A DNA stretch of 64,000 nt from Candidatus Thalassarchaeaceae archaeon (GCA_023268715.1 JALRLV010000001.1:70383-134382), one strand, 5' to 3'; shown: positions 1 to 8,907, counted from the first letter of the stretch. The notes: generated by a model from the letters alone, not told the origin. Translations and numbers: made by a program.

Positions 1-712
1 CATTGCCTACAGCGACGCCACCTTGATTTCTCATAGCTGCAATCAGAGTGACTGCTAACTCCGGTAATGAAGTCCCTAAGGCTACTAAGGAAAGTCCAAC
101 AATCGCTGTAGGGATTTCGTATGTAGCCGCTAAGCCAGTTGCACCATCTAGAAGGAAAATCGCCCCTTGCCAGATCATCACACCGCCAGTGATTGTTGCG
201 AATACAGCCAGTACTAGATTGTCAGGAAGCCAAGTTTCTTCTGGCTCCTCTGCATCGGCTTTTCCTTTGGAGGAAAGATAGGCATAGGTGTAGTAACTCA
301 CTAGTAAAATTAGCATAAATACACCTCCTTCAATAGGTATTGAGCCATAATAAACGAAGGCTGTTAGAAGGACAGTAGCTAAGATAACAGCAACAGAATC
401 ACGTCTTATCCCTGCCCCTGCCTCATCACCTGAACCAAGCATGCAAGCGGTACCAAGAACCAACATGACGTTGGCAACATTAGAGCCTAAGACTCCTCCA
501 ACAGCAATATCTGGCTCATCTTGAGCAATCGCCTCAATAGCTACGGCTAATTCAGGGAGAGATGTTCCGATTGCAACAATAGTGAATCCGACTAATAATG
601 GAGGAACGCGTAGTCGATATGCTATTTGCACTGCACCCTGAACAATCCCTTCACCACCGGCCATCAATAAGACAAATCCAATTAGGACCAGAATCGGGTC
701 GGAGTCTAGCAT
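1..712 (-). CDS. Na+/Ca2+ exchanger family (CaCA/YrbG-like) membrane protein, 3' end cut by window edge
   Basis: My own reverse-strand translation from the ATG at 712-710 gives MLDSDPILVLIGFVLLMAGGEG... It has two alpha-repeat motifs (AIGTSLPELAVAI and ALGTSLPELAVTL) and hydrophobic TM stretches. The frame stays open to position 1. It is absent from the supplied ORF track because it runs off the window. Confidence 0.8.
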   Translation of the reverse strand, partial: MLDSDPILVLIGFVLLMAGGEGIVQGAVQIAYRLRVPPLLVGFTIVAIGTSLPELAVAIEAIAQDEPDIAVGGVLGSNVANVMLVLGTACMLGSGDEAGAGIRRDSVAVILATVLLTAFVYYGSIPIEGGVFMLILLVSYYTYAYLSSKGKADAEEPEETWLPDNLVLAVFATITGGVMIWQGAIFLLDGATGLAATYEIPTAIVGLSLVALGTSLPELAVTLIAAMRNQGGVAVGN

Positions 713-761
713 CTCTACCACGCCTAGTGCGCCCCGCTCATGATGTTTGGGTCCATCTATC

Positions 762-3623
762 TCATTCGCACATTCTTCTGATGTGTCTGACTACTAGATC
801 GGATGTGGGGATGGTGTGGTCTTCCAAGGGAGGTGAGAATGGCACAGGAGTATCTAATGCCCCGATTACCACAGGCGCGTTTTCTAAGTTCCAGAATGCT
901 TCCTCTAGGATTCTACTACTAACTGTATGTCCAAGGCCACCGGTGTATTGTGCCTCTTGTAGAACAATAAGACGTCCAGTTCTCCGAACTGAATCGATAC
1001 AGCTTTGTGCATCAAATGGCAATAATGTTCGCAAATCAACAATTTCGACTTCAATTCCCCGTTTTGCCGCTGTTTCTGCTGCTTCTAAAGCAACATGAAC
1101 CATTGCGCCCCATGTTACGATTGTAACATCTTTTCCGCCTCGTACAACTCTAGCCTCGCCTATGCTATTCTCTCCATTGGCAAGGCGTTTGTGAACCGAA
1201 TTTGTATCAACAATCTGGTTAATCGAATGTCCCCAACCAGTTTTTCCTCCGCGTAATCCATAGAGTCCTATGTGTTCAAGGAATACGACAGGGTCATTCA
1301 AGGCGTGCGATTCAACCAATAGATCGTACGCGTCTTGAGGCGTAGAGGGGAATACAATTACCAAACCAGGGTCATTTGCAAACCATGATTCAATCATATT
1401 TGCATGGAAGGGTCCACTACGGGTTTTTGCTCCTAGAGGAATCCTAACCGTAAGTGGGACTTCGGCCCCCCAACGCCATCTAAGTTGGGCTGCGTTATTG
1501 ATGAGTGGATTCATCGCCAAAGCGGCAAATCCCCCGAATTGGATTTCCGCCAAAGGACGCATGCCTCCTAGGGCGGCTCCGGTTGCTGAATGAATGATTA
1601 TCGCCTCTGACAGAGGCATATCGAGTAATTTGTCCGAATGCCCTCTTGCTTTCAATGGGAGATTCATTCCAAACGCTCCAGCAACTTCCATATCTTCTCC
1701 CATGAAGACAATTGATTCTCCATATTTATCGGCAAGGCTGACCATTCCATTCTGTATAGCCTTGCTGTATGTCCATGAGTTTGCAGCGTCCGAGAATTCG
1801 ATGTCTACCTCACCAATCGATACGGGGCTATCATCTCCAGATAGGCTTACCCCGAAGCGATCGAATTGTTCCGAATGCGTTGAGGCGTCGTGAAGTGATG
1901 TTATGCCTTTGGTGACTGAATTACCTTCTGGCCATGCTGTATTTTCCATTTCATTACGAGCGGCATCCACCAGTGCTTGTTCCTCTGCTTCCATTTTGCT
2001 TAGTTTATTCTCGCTGAAACCTAATCTAACCAATAAATCGCGATGGTTAGGAAGGGGGTCTTTTTCGGACCAATATGTTAGCAACTCCCGGTCCACATAT
2101 CCAGGAGGATTTCCACTTGCTGCTCCCAAATACAAGTCATCGTGATGATGTGCGTGGCCACAACCTCTCATCGTCTCAACATGGATTAGAGTGGGGCCAC
2201 CTCCATCTAGGGCAAATTCCCTAGCAACTGCAGTTGATGTGTAGAATTCTGCAGGGTCAGAGCCATCTATGCTCCAAGATGGAATCCCCATCGAGTGACC
2301 CTTGTCTCCGAAGGTTTCAGCACCAGATTGACCAACAGTGAAGGTATCAAGCGCAATCTGATTATTTTGAATCATGAAGGAAATTGGTAGGCCTCTTGCC
2401 CCTGCTAGATTCATGGCCTCCCAAAATTCTCCACTACTGCTACAACCCTCACCGACAGGCGCTAGGTGAAAACGAGGCCTTGCAAGCCTATTTGCCGCTA
2501 GTGCGACACCGGTAGCTGTCGCACTAGCTATCGGTAATGGGGCGGTTGGCGGTAGTACTCTCTTGTGCCAATTACCAACGTGTAAGTCCCTGCCTCCAGC
2601 AGAATCAACCCCTCCATCCATGTAGGAATCAGCCTTACCCATCTGTGCGTTGAAAATTTCTAGAGGAGTCTGACCCATTGAGAGAGCCAAACCTACGTCT
2701 CGAATCATCGGGGCAACTACGTCTGCATCTGCAATCGAATCTTCGCTGAGATCAATCGCCCGAGTCATTGAGGAGGCGCATGCCACTACACCTTCTTGCC
2801 AAGTAGAGCGGAATCCTTTACCTCCAAATTGGCTTCCATTAGGGGTTTTTACTCCATTCATGAACAAATCTTTCAGATGCTCATCTAAAGCACGAGTTCG
2901 ATGCATCCATCTTTGCCACTCAAATCGGTCATCGACAGTTATTGAAGCGGTATATGCGATTCTACGCAGGCACAGAGCAACGTCTCTCATCATGCGTACT
3001 GCACGCCTGTCTAGATAGGCACTACCTGATCTACGAGGGATAATCTCTTGAGTCGCAAGAGTTGCTAATCCCGGTTCGTATATTCTTTCAGTCAATCTTT
3101 TTTCAAATGAGTCGCAGAATGATTCACAAAATTCGTGAAAACTATTGCCATTGAATCGTTCAGGCGGGTTCAGCGAATTCCAACACTCAAAGCCAGACTC
3201 TACATGTCCATCGTGCCTTTCAACAAGGAACCTCATCAATTCCGACCTAGCAGTTTCTTGCGGTAAAGTGGAGGAGAAATCCAAAGGTGCCTTTGGCCTC
3301 CACCCTGCACCCCAAAGAGGGGGTAAATCTTGTTGGCTGATATGGCTGGGATTTTTCTCTTCCGAGACCACCTCTGCTTCATCGGAATTCCTGAGCTCCG
3401 CTTCGCTTTGTAATTCCTCCATCGAAGTGTCGAATGGCCTTTCCCATACCTCTGCCTGTTGTTTTCTACCTCTTCCACTATCGGAGCGATTCAGAGTCAC
3501 TCTGATTCTAGTGTTACAAGATGTACACTTACGATCTAGTCTTGTCGTGGCCTTGTCTCTTGATTTCCAAGTCTGGTGCGTGCTACAAGAAGGGCAACGC
3601 CATATCCCTCGCCGCCCAGTCAT
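762..3623 (-). CDS. Fused 2-oxoacid dehydrogenase E1 component (alpha+beta subunits in one chain) with N-terminal zinc-ribbon extension
   Basis: 953-aa ORF. The middle part has a TPP-binding motif variant, GEG-x26-NN (VGEGCSSSGEFWEAMNLAGARGLPISFMIQNNQIA). The C-terminal third looks E1-beta/transketolase-like (FMGEDMEVAGAFG, PLTVRIPLGA, VTIVTWGAMV). The N-terminus MTGRRGIWRCPSCSTHQ...KCTSCNTRI has a CxxC-x19-CxxC pattern. Confidence 0.8.
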   Translation of the reverse strand: MTGRRGIWRCPSCSTHQTWKSRDKATTRLDRKCTSCNTRIRVTLNRSDSGRGRKQQAEVWERPFDTSMEELQSEAELRNSDEAEVVSEEKNPSHISQQDLPPLWGAGWRPKAPLDFSSTLPQETARSELMRFLVERHDGHVESGFECWNSLNPPERFNGNSFHEFCESFCDSFEKRLTERIYEPGLATLATQEIIPRRSGSAYLDRRAVRMMRDVALCLRRIAYTASITVDDRFEWQRWMHRTRALDEHLKDLFMNGVKTPNGSQFGGKGFRSTWQEGVVACASSMTRAIDLSEDSIADADVVAPMIRDVGLALSMGQTPLEIFNAQMGKADSYMDGGVDSAGGRDLHVGNWHKRVLPPTAPLPIASATATGVALAANRLARPRFHLAPVGEGCSSSGEFWEAMNLAGARGLPISFMIQNNQIALDTFTVGQSGAETFGDKGHSMGIPSWSIDGSDPAEFYTSTAVAREFALDGGGPTLIHVETMRGCGHAHHHDDLYLGAASGNPPGYVDRELLTYWSEKDPLPNHRDLLVRLGFSENKLSKMEAEEQALVDAARNEMENTAWPEGNSVTKGITSLHDASTHSEQFDRFGVSLSGDDSPVSIGEVDIEFSDAANSWTYSKAIQNGMVSLADKYGESIVFMGEDMEVAGAFGMNLPLKARGHSDKLLDMPLSEAIIIHSATGAALGGMRPLAEIQFGGFAALAMNPLINNAAQLRWRWGAEVPLTVRIPLGAKTRSGPFHANMIESWFANDPGLVIVFPSTPQDAYDLLVESHALNDPVVFLEHIGLYGLRGGKTGWGHSINQIVDTNSVHKRLANGENSIGEARVVRGGKDVTIVTWGAMVHVALEAAETAAKRGIEVEIVDLRTLLPFDAQSCIDSVRRTGRLIVLQEAQYTGGLGHTVSSRILEEAFWNLENAPVVIGALDTPVPFSPPLEDHTIPTSDLVVRHIRRMCE

Positions 3624-3673
3624 GGTTAGTCGCGGTATTAACTAGTACAACAAAGAATCGCTGTATTATTCAC

Positions 3674-3880
3674 GATTACACCACTAAAGGTTAATCGTTT
3701 TATCAATTTAGATGTGATTTAAGAGTTGAATTGCCAATAAATACCACAATAAAAAAATAGTATAGTGGTAAAAACACCACAATTAAAGTAAAAATATTGC
3801 TAATTACCGATGAAAATTATAAATTTATTGTAATTACCATAATTAAGCAGCCAATAGAAAGCGATTACACCACAATTAAC
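3674..3880 (-). repeat. Phased array of six direct repeats (core TTACC[A/G][C/A/T]) in the AT-rich E1 promoter region
   Basis: The copies are gattacaccactaaag (3674), aaataccacaataaaa (3739), aaaacaccacaattaaag (3771), taattaccgatgaaaatt (3801), taattaccataattaag (3831) and gattacaccacaattaac (3863). The ACC cores lie at 3680, 3743, 3776, 3806, 3836 and 3869. One inverted core, tatagtggta, lies at 3761-3770. Confidence 0.55.
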
Positions 3881-3884
3881 CAAA

Positions 3885-5060
3885 TTAATACTTTGGAACT
3901 GTAGAATCTATCTGATCAGACCAAAGATGGATACCGCCAACCATATTCCAAACCCTAGATCTGTCCCATCCAGAATGCCCCAACCATCGGGCTACAGCAT
4001 CCGAACGACCACCAGTTCTGCAGTAAACAACCAAATCACAATCTTTTGGTAAATCTTCAGATTTTGCAGGAACTGCAATGTGTTCTATTCGCAAGTCGGT
4101 ATCTGGCAAACTGACAATTGCTTCCTCATTTGCCCTTCTGACATCCAATAGGAAGGGATTCCAACCCTTAGAGCGTCTTTCTAAAAATTCGGCAGGGGTA
4201 ATTTCTAGCACCTGTCCAATTGGAGGTTCTTCTCTAATCTCTTGACTTTGGCAAGCTTCCATTATCAATTGCTCGGACATTTCCGTGACAGGTTCTCTTT
4301 CGGGTGATTTGTCAAATTTTAACAAACGAGTTTTCATTGATTTTGCATCAATCACCATTAATTTTCCAGACAACGAATCACCAACACCTAGCAATAATTT
4401 GATTGTTTCAGCAGATTGTATGCTACCAACAATTCCCGGTAGAACGCCCAATACTCCTGCCTCGGCGCAATTTGGCGCTAATTCAGGAGGCGGTGCATTC
4501 GGAAACAAATCTCGATAATTTGGCCCATCATCGTAATTGAAGACAGTAACTTGGCCTTCGAATCTATGAATGCTGCCAAAAACCCACGGTTTACCCAGAA
4601 TCTCACACGCATCATTGATTGTATATCTAGTGGGAAAATTGTCTGTACCATCAATTATCATATCCCAATCAGAGAGTAACTCCAAGGCATTATTCACATC
4701 TAGCCTAGTATTATGTTCAACAACTTCAATCTCCGGATTTAACTCTCGAATTCGATTAGCTGCTGACTCAACCTTTAGTGAACCAACAGCCGCTGTAGAA
4801 TGAATTACCTGTCTTTGTAAATTAGTAATGTCGACTGTATCGTCATCGATTATTCCAATCTTGCCGACCCCTGCCGCAGCTAAATATAGCAAAGTTGGAG
4901 ACCCTAGTCCACCCGCTCCAACCACAATTACAGAGGATTTTTTCAATTTCTTTTGGCCCTTCTCACCCATCTCTGGAAGAATCAAATGACGCGCATATCT
5001 AGCGCGCTCCTCTGGGCTCAATTGCTCGTCCACGGGCCTGAGAGGACACCACTCATTCAT
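3885..5060 (-). CDS. moeB: MoeB/ThiF-family E1-like adenylyltransferase fused to a C-terminal rhodanese domain (MoeZ/MOCS3/UbaA-like)
   Basis: It has the nucleotide-binding motif VVGAGGLGSPTLLYLAAAGVGKIGIIDDDTVDITNLQRQVIH. The C-terminal rhodanese active-site loop is VVYCRTGGRSD. The start is taken at MNEWCPL (ATG at 5060). The longest ORF extends to 5135 but would then overlap the upstream gene. Confidence 0.85.
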   Translation of the reverse strand: MNEWCPLRPVDEQLSPEERARYARHLILPEMGEKGQKKLKKSSVIVVGAGGLGSPTLLYLAAAGVGKIGIIDDDTVDITNLQRQVIHSTAAVGSLKVESAANRIRELNPEIEVVEHNTRLDVNNALELLSDWDMIIDGTDNFPTRYTINDACEILGKPWVFGSIHRFEGQVTVFNYDDGPNYRDLFPNAPPPELAPNCAEAGVLGVLPGIVGSIQSAETIKLLLGVGDSLSGKLMVIDAKSMKTRLLKFDKSPEREPVTEMSEQLIMEACQSQEIREEPPIGQVLEITPAEFLERRSKGWNPFLLDVRRANEEAIVSLPDTDLRIEHIAVPAKSEDLPKDCDLVVYCRTGGRSDAVARWLGHSGWDRSRVWNMVGGIHLWSDQIDSTVPKY

Positions 5061-5085
5061 TTTGCCTTCGGCTTGCAGGGCAGAC

Positions 5086-5499
5086 TCAGATGGCACCTGA
5101 TAAGTACAGTCTGACAAATGCAACAGTGAATCCAAGTCGACCCCATATACGTGTCAATACCTGTGCATTTTCCGATGAAATATCTTTGCGGAATAAGAGA
5201 TTCCAAAGTCTTCGAACAAAATTTTGGTCTAATGGGTCATCTGGTCTTGGGATTCCTTTGAAGTGTCTTTCTAAATCAGAAAGGATACAGAATCGGCTTC
5301 GGAAAAACCAGAGTATTTCTGTGGCGGCATATAGAATAACAACTCCCCACCACATCCACTGATACGGACCTAACCAAAGTACAGCGCACCAAAGTGTGAC
5401 AGCGGTGTGAGAGAGATAGAACAAATCTCCTATCCGGTGAGATAGCCAACTTCTTTCCTTCCAGTCTTCTCGATTGCTGAAAACACCGAATTCAACCAT
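5086..5499 (-). CDS. Small hydrophobic membrane protein, unknown function
   Basis: 137-aa ORF with Trp-rich hydrophobic segments (LWCAVLWLGPYQWMWWGVVILYAA). It lies in the same orientation between trxB and the moeB-like gene. I recognise no family. Confidence 0.5.
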   Translation of the reverse strand: MVEFGVFSNREDWKERSWLSHRIGDLFYLSHTAVTLWCAVLWLGPYQWMWWGVVILYAATEILWFFRSRFCILSDLERHFKGIPRPDDPLDQNFVRRLWNLLFRKDISSENAQVLTRIWGRLGFTVAFVRLYLSGAI

Positions 5500-5508
5500 T
5501 CTGTCACT

Positions 5509-6438
5509 TCAGTGTTGATCCTCTAACCATCGCTCGGCATCGATTGCGGCTTGACAACCCATTCCAGCCGCAGTAATTGCCTGTCTGTATCTTGTATCTA
5601 CAACATCTCCAGCCGCAAATACTCCAGGAATGCTAGTCATTGTGTGCTCCTTTGGAATAATGTATCCGGAGTCATCGGTTTCAATTTGATTGTCAAGGAA
5701 TGTCGTAATTGGTTTATGTCCTATTGCGATGAAAGCTCCAGTGCATGAAATCTCTTCAGTTGAACCGTCGCGAGGATCTTCCAATACTGCTCCCGTGAGC
5801 CCTTTTTCATCAGAAAGCCACTTTTTCACGGAGCGGAAAGTCTTGACATCAATCTTTGGATGATTCGCCGCTCTGTCATACATCACTTTTGAGGCGCGGA
5901 ATACATCTCTTCTGTGGATGATTGTAACCTTGCTAGCAAATCTAGTCAGGAAAGTGGCTTCTTCCATTGCTGAGTCTCCACCTCCTACAACGATAATTTC
6001 CTCATCTCGGAAAAATGCCCCATCACAGGTCGCACAGGTGCTGATTCCTCGCCCCTTCTGAGCGTCTTCACCTTCTGCACCTAACCAAATCGCCTCTGCC
6101 CCTGTGCAGATAATCAAAGTCTCAGCAAGAAATTCTTCTCCTTCAACCCAGACTTTGAATGGCCTCTCGGAGACATCGACTTTCTCGACGTTTCTATCAT
6201 GGACCTCAAGGCCAAATCTTTCGGCTTGTTCTCTTAGTTGCATCATCATTTCTGGCCCACCTATACCTTGTGGATAACCAGGGAAATTTTCGATATCAGA
6301 AGTAAGCATTAGCTGACCTCCTGATGCATATCCTGCGAACATCAAAGGCTCCAGCATTGCTCTAGCGGAATATAGGCCCGCAGTGTATCCTGCGGGGCCG
6401 GAACCGATGATGATTGTATTGCGGACCTTGTCGGACAT
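5509..6438 (-). CDS. trxB: Thioredoxin-disulfide reductase
   Basis: It has the FAD motif IIIGSGPAGYTAG, the redox-active CATCDG motif and the NADPH motif VVGGGDSAMEEA. The start is taken at MSDKVRN (6438); the longest ORF reaches 6471. Confidence 0.9.
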   Translation of the reverse strand: MSDKVRNTIIIGSGPAGYTAGLYSARAMLEPLMFAGYASGGQLMLTSDIENFPGYPQGIGGPEMMMQLREQAERFGLEVHDRNVEKVDVSERPFKVWVEGEEFLAETLIICTGAEAIWLGAEGEDAQKGRGISTCATCDGAFFRDEEIIVVGGGDSAMEEATFLTRFASKVTIIHRRDVFRASKVMYDRAANHPKIDVKTFRSVKKWLSDEKGLTGAVLEDPRDGSTEEISCTGAFIAIGHKPITTFLDNQIETDDSGYIIPKEHTMTSIPGVFAAGDVVDTRYRQAITAAGMGCQAAIDAERWLEDQH

Positions 6439-6550
6439 AGGTTCTCCCAATGTCCGGCATTCTTTGAACATTGACTCTCAAACTTGACTGATATTTGCTT
6501 GAATAATCACCCTCCGACAGTTTTTAGCGTACCAATTGGCCGAGTGAGTC

Positions 6551-7411
6551 ATGGTGTGGCGTCCTATTGAACCACCAGATTCAGTAGAGCAAGCGATTGC
6601 TGAAAACCACGCCACTTGGGACGAGATAGCCCACGTTCACGCTCAGGGGAGTGGCGCGGATTTTTACAGAATTGAACAATGGTTAGATGGAGAATGTAAG
6701 CTCGGGCCATGGGAAATTGAAGAAGTGGGGGATGTATCTGGAAAGTCCCTTCTCCACATGCAATGCCATATCGGAACCGACACACTATCTTGGGCCCGAC
6801 GTGGAGCGGTAGTGACTGGGCTTGACTTTAGTGAGAATGCCCTCATAGAAGCAAGGAGATTTGCCGAAAAATTAGGAATTGAGAATTCGCGATTTATACA
6901 CTCTAGCGTTTCAAATGCCGTGAGCGCTCTGGGGGGTGAGAAATTCGACATCCTTTACACGGGTAGAGGGGCATTGTGTTGGTTACCTGATTTGGATGAA
7001 TGGGCGAACGTATGTTCCAAACTAGTAAAGCATAATGGGATTCTATATCTGGAGGAATCTACTCCATTTGTCGGAACCCTTGAGCCAACTGAAACAACTG
7101 AGGGTGTATTCTTTGTGCCAAAATATGACCAATTTAACGAGGGCCCAATTTCAGAAATTGGTGAGGGTACATATGCAGATCCTAATTGGCCTGGGGAGAG
7201 AGTTACCCATTGCTGGGAGTATAGATATGACACAATCATTAACGCACTGATAAAACATGGATTTAGGGTTATATCAATGGTAGAAAGGGACGAGTTATTC
7301 TTCAATCCATGGCCAGATATGTTTGAAACATCAAGGCCAAATTATTGGCGGCTAAAAGATGGAGAGGTACGCTTCCCGTTGTCTTTCACATTGAAAGCGA
7401 TTAGAGAATAA
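6551..7411 (+). CDS. Class I SAM-dependent methyltransferase
   Basis: It has a motif I-like segment, LLHMQCHIGTDTLSWARRGAVVTGLDFSENAL, and a post-I acidic residue. Substrate unknown. Confidence 0.75.
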   Translation: MVWRPIEPPDSVEQAIAENHATWDEIAHVHAQGSGADFYRIEQWLDGECKLGPWEIEEVGDVSGKSLLHMQCHIGTDTLSWARRGAVVTGLDFSENALIEARRFAEKLGIENSRFIHSSVSNAVSALGGEKFDILYTGRGALCWLPDLDEWANVCSKLVKHNGILYLEESTPFVGTLEPTETTEGVFFVPKYDQFNEGPISEIGEGTYADPNWPGERVTHCWEYRYDTIINALIKHGFRVISMVERDELFFNPWPDMFETSRPNYWRLKDGEVRFPLSFTLKAIRE

Positions 7412-7413
7412 TA

Positions 7414-7809
7414 TCAGTTTTCCATCGAAACTACAGCCCCAACTGCGGCACGAGCGTGAGGTTCAAGACGTGGCTCAATATGATCTGGTTCGGCGCCTGG
7501 TCCAATAATTCCCAAACCTATTGGCTTGTTGTGCTTGATTTGTAGGTCGATTATTGCACGGGTAACAGACTGCCCCATAACTAACCCGTGTTGAGTCTCT
7601 CCACGCTCGATAATACCCAGTGTAATCGCACCATCAACATCCTCTCGGAGCAGTAATCTTTCCAAAGCGAGAGGTGCTTCCATAGATCCGGGAACCCAAA
7701 CAACATCTGTTAATTCAGAATTCATCCTTGATGCTTCATCACGGGCAAATTCTAGCATTCTATCTACTTCTTCCTTGTGAAAAGAACCACAGACTGCAAC
7801 TATTCTCAT
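7414..7809 (-). CDS. ribH: 6,7-dimethyl-8-ribityllumazine synthase
   Basis: Its 131 aa follow the archaeal lumazine synthase pattern (VPGSMEAPLALERLL, DVDGAITLGIIERGETQH, KPIGLGIIGPG). It overlaps ribE by 4 nt. Confidence 0.8.
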   Translation of the reverse strand: MRIVAVCGSFHKEEVDRMLEFARDEASRMNSELTDVVWVPGSMEAPLALERLLLREDVDGAITLGIIERGETQHGLVMGQSVTRAIIDLQIKHNKPIGLGIIGPGAEPDHIEPRLEPHARAAVGAVVSMEN

Positions 7810-8414
7810 CTCTCTACCTCCATGCTTCGAATCGTGTCTACTACAGCTTGGGTTCTGGAGTCCACTTCAATATTCACTAAGTCGCCCTCAGTCTTCGCTC
7901 CGATTGTGGTTATCCTCAGAGTTTCCGGAATAATATGTAGGTTAAATCCCTCATATTTCACTTCTCCAACCGTTAACGACATACCATCAACTGCAACATA
8001 TCCCTTCTCGAGAATATATGGTTTGGTTTCGGCTTGATGTTCGATCAGTAGGTCGATTCCTTCACCTTTCTGAGTTCTTTGTAGAATTCTCGCAGTAGAC
8101 ATAATGTGGCCAGAAAGAATGTGCCCTCCTAATTCGTCGCCCATCCGTAGAGATCTCTCGATATTCACTCTACTACCCTGCTTAAGCAAGCCGATTGTGG
8201 TACGTTCCAAGGTTTCAGATATTGCTTCAAACTGAACATGGCCATCTGTTGAAGAAACTACTGTCATACAAACGCCATCTATTGCCACGCTTGCACCTAT
8301 TTCTAAATCATCATCATAACCACTTAGGTCAACAACAATCGAACGGACCTCTTCTCCTTGCTCGGTTGCCACAACCTCACAAGACGCAGCCACAATTCCT
8401 GTGAACATTCTCAA
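7806..8414 (-). CDS. ribE: Riboflavin synthase, bacterial/eukaryotic type (two-barrel alpha chain)
   Basis: It has the N-terminal MFTGIV signature, an internal repeat (GHILSGHI... second barrel) and is about 200 aa long. Confidence 0.85.
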   Translation of the reverse strand: MRMFTGIVAASCEVVATEQGEEVRSIVVDLSGYDDDLEIGASVAIDGVCMTVVSSTDGHVQFEAISETLERTTIGLLKQGSRVNIERSLRMGDELGGHILSGHIMSTARILQRTQKGEGIDLLIEHQAETKPYILEKGYVAVDGMSLTVGEVKYEGFNLHIIPETLRITTIGAKTEGDLVNIEVDSRTQAVVDTIRSMEVER

Positions 8415-8869
8415 TCCTCCTCGTAAGGGCCGCCGGTTTCACCAGACCAAAGATCAATAATCCTAGCAATGATTTTCCTTGTTCCGTCGAGGTCGTCTGC
8501 TAATCCTTCGACCCTTCTTACCTGTACATTTCCCCAACCATTCTCCTCCAACCCTTTCTTGATTGAGTCACGTGAATGCTTCTGGTCATAACCTAATGCG
8601 ATGACATCGGGTTTCACTACTTCTAAGATTTCAAAAATAGGTACAGTTGGGGGGTTTCCTACAATTGCCTCATCGACAGGTTTCAACCCCATCACCATGC
8701 GTCTTCTAAGTTCTTGATTAGTTACAGGCTCGTGTTTTTGTTTCCTTACAGTATCATCATGGGCGACTACTACAATCAACTCGTCACCTAGGGACTTTGC
8801 CTGTTCGACATAATGCAGGTGACCTGCGTGCAGTAGGTCGAAAACCCCGACCGCCATGACCCGAACCAT
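8411..8869 (-). CDS. ribL: FAD synthetase (FMN adenylyltransferase), archaeal RibL type, cytidylyltransferase fold
   Basis: It has GVFDLLHAGHLHYVEQAK (an HxGH nucleotidyltransferase motif), is about 150 aa long and lies within the rib cluster. Confidence 0.8.
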   Translation of the reverse strand: MVRVMAVGVFDLLHAGHLHYVEQAKSLGDELIVVVAHDDTVRKQKHEPVTNQELRRRMVMGLKPVDEAIVGNPPTVPIFEILEVVKPDVIALGYDQKHSRDSIKKGLEENGWGNVQVRRVEGLADDLDGTRKIIARIIDLWSGETGGPYEED

Positions 8870-8907
8870 CCATATCCCCTCTCAGTCAGATATCCTCAAT
8901 GCTTCGG

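Noticed and set aside
598-3645. Plus-strand ORFs 598-1098, 1594-1893, 1903-2145 and 3145-3645. Similar antisense ORFs lie inside other large genes, for example 25500-25955, 28101-28511, 29615-30022, 42335-42781, 47078-47437, 51271-51714 and 52939-53388.
   Set aside because: Each lies entirely within, and antisense to, or out of frame with and overlapping, a long ORF with strong family motifs. Their products are low-complexity with no recognisable motifs. I treat them as shadow ORFs.
3801-3811. The 11-mer taattaccgat is shared between the E1 promoter array (3801-3811) and the ZIP/NikR spacer (47693-47703), which might indicate a common regulator.
   Set aside because: A single shared 11-mer between two AT-rich regions is within chance expectation, given how many k-mers are being compared. 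There is no second copy or palindrome in the NikR spacer.
3674-3880. CRISPR mini-array or replication origin (ORB repeats) as an explanation for the phased repeats.
   Set aside because: The repeats are only about 17 bp with 13-16 bp spacers and are imperfect, and no cas genes are present, so this is not CRISPR-like. No orc1/cdc6 gene is adjacent and the unit does not resemble the ORB/mini-ORB consensus I know. An origin is therefore unlikely, though not excluded.
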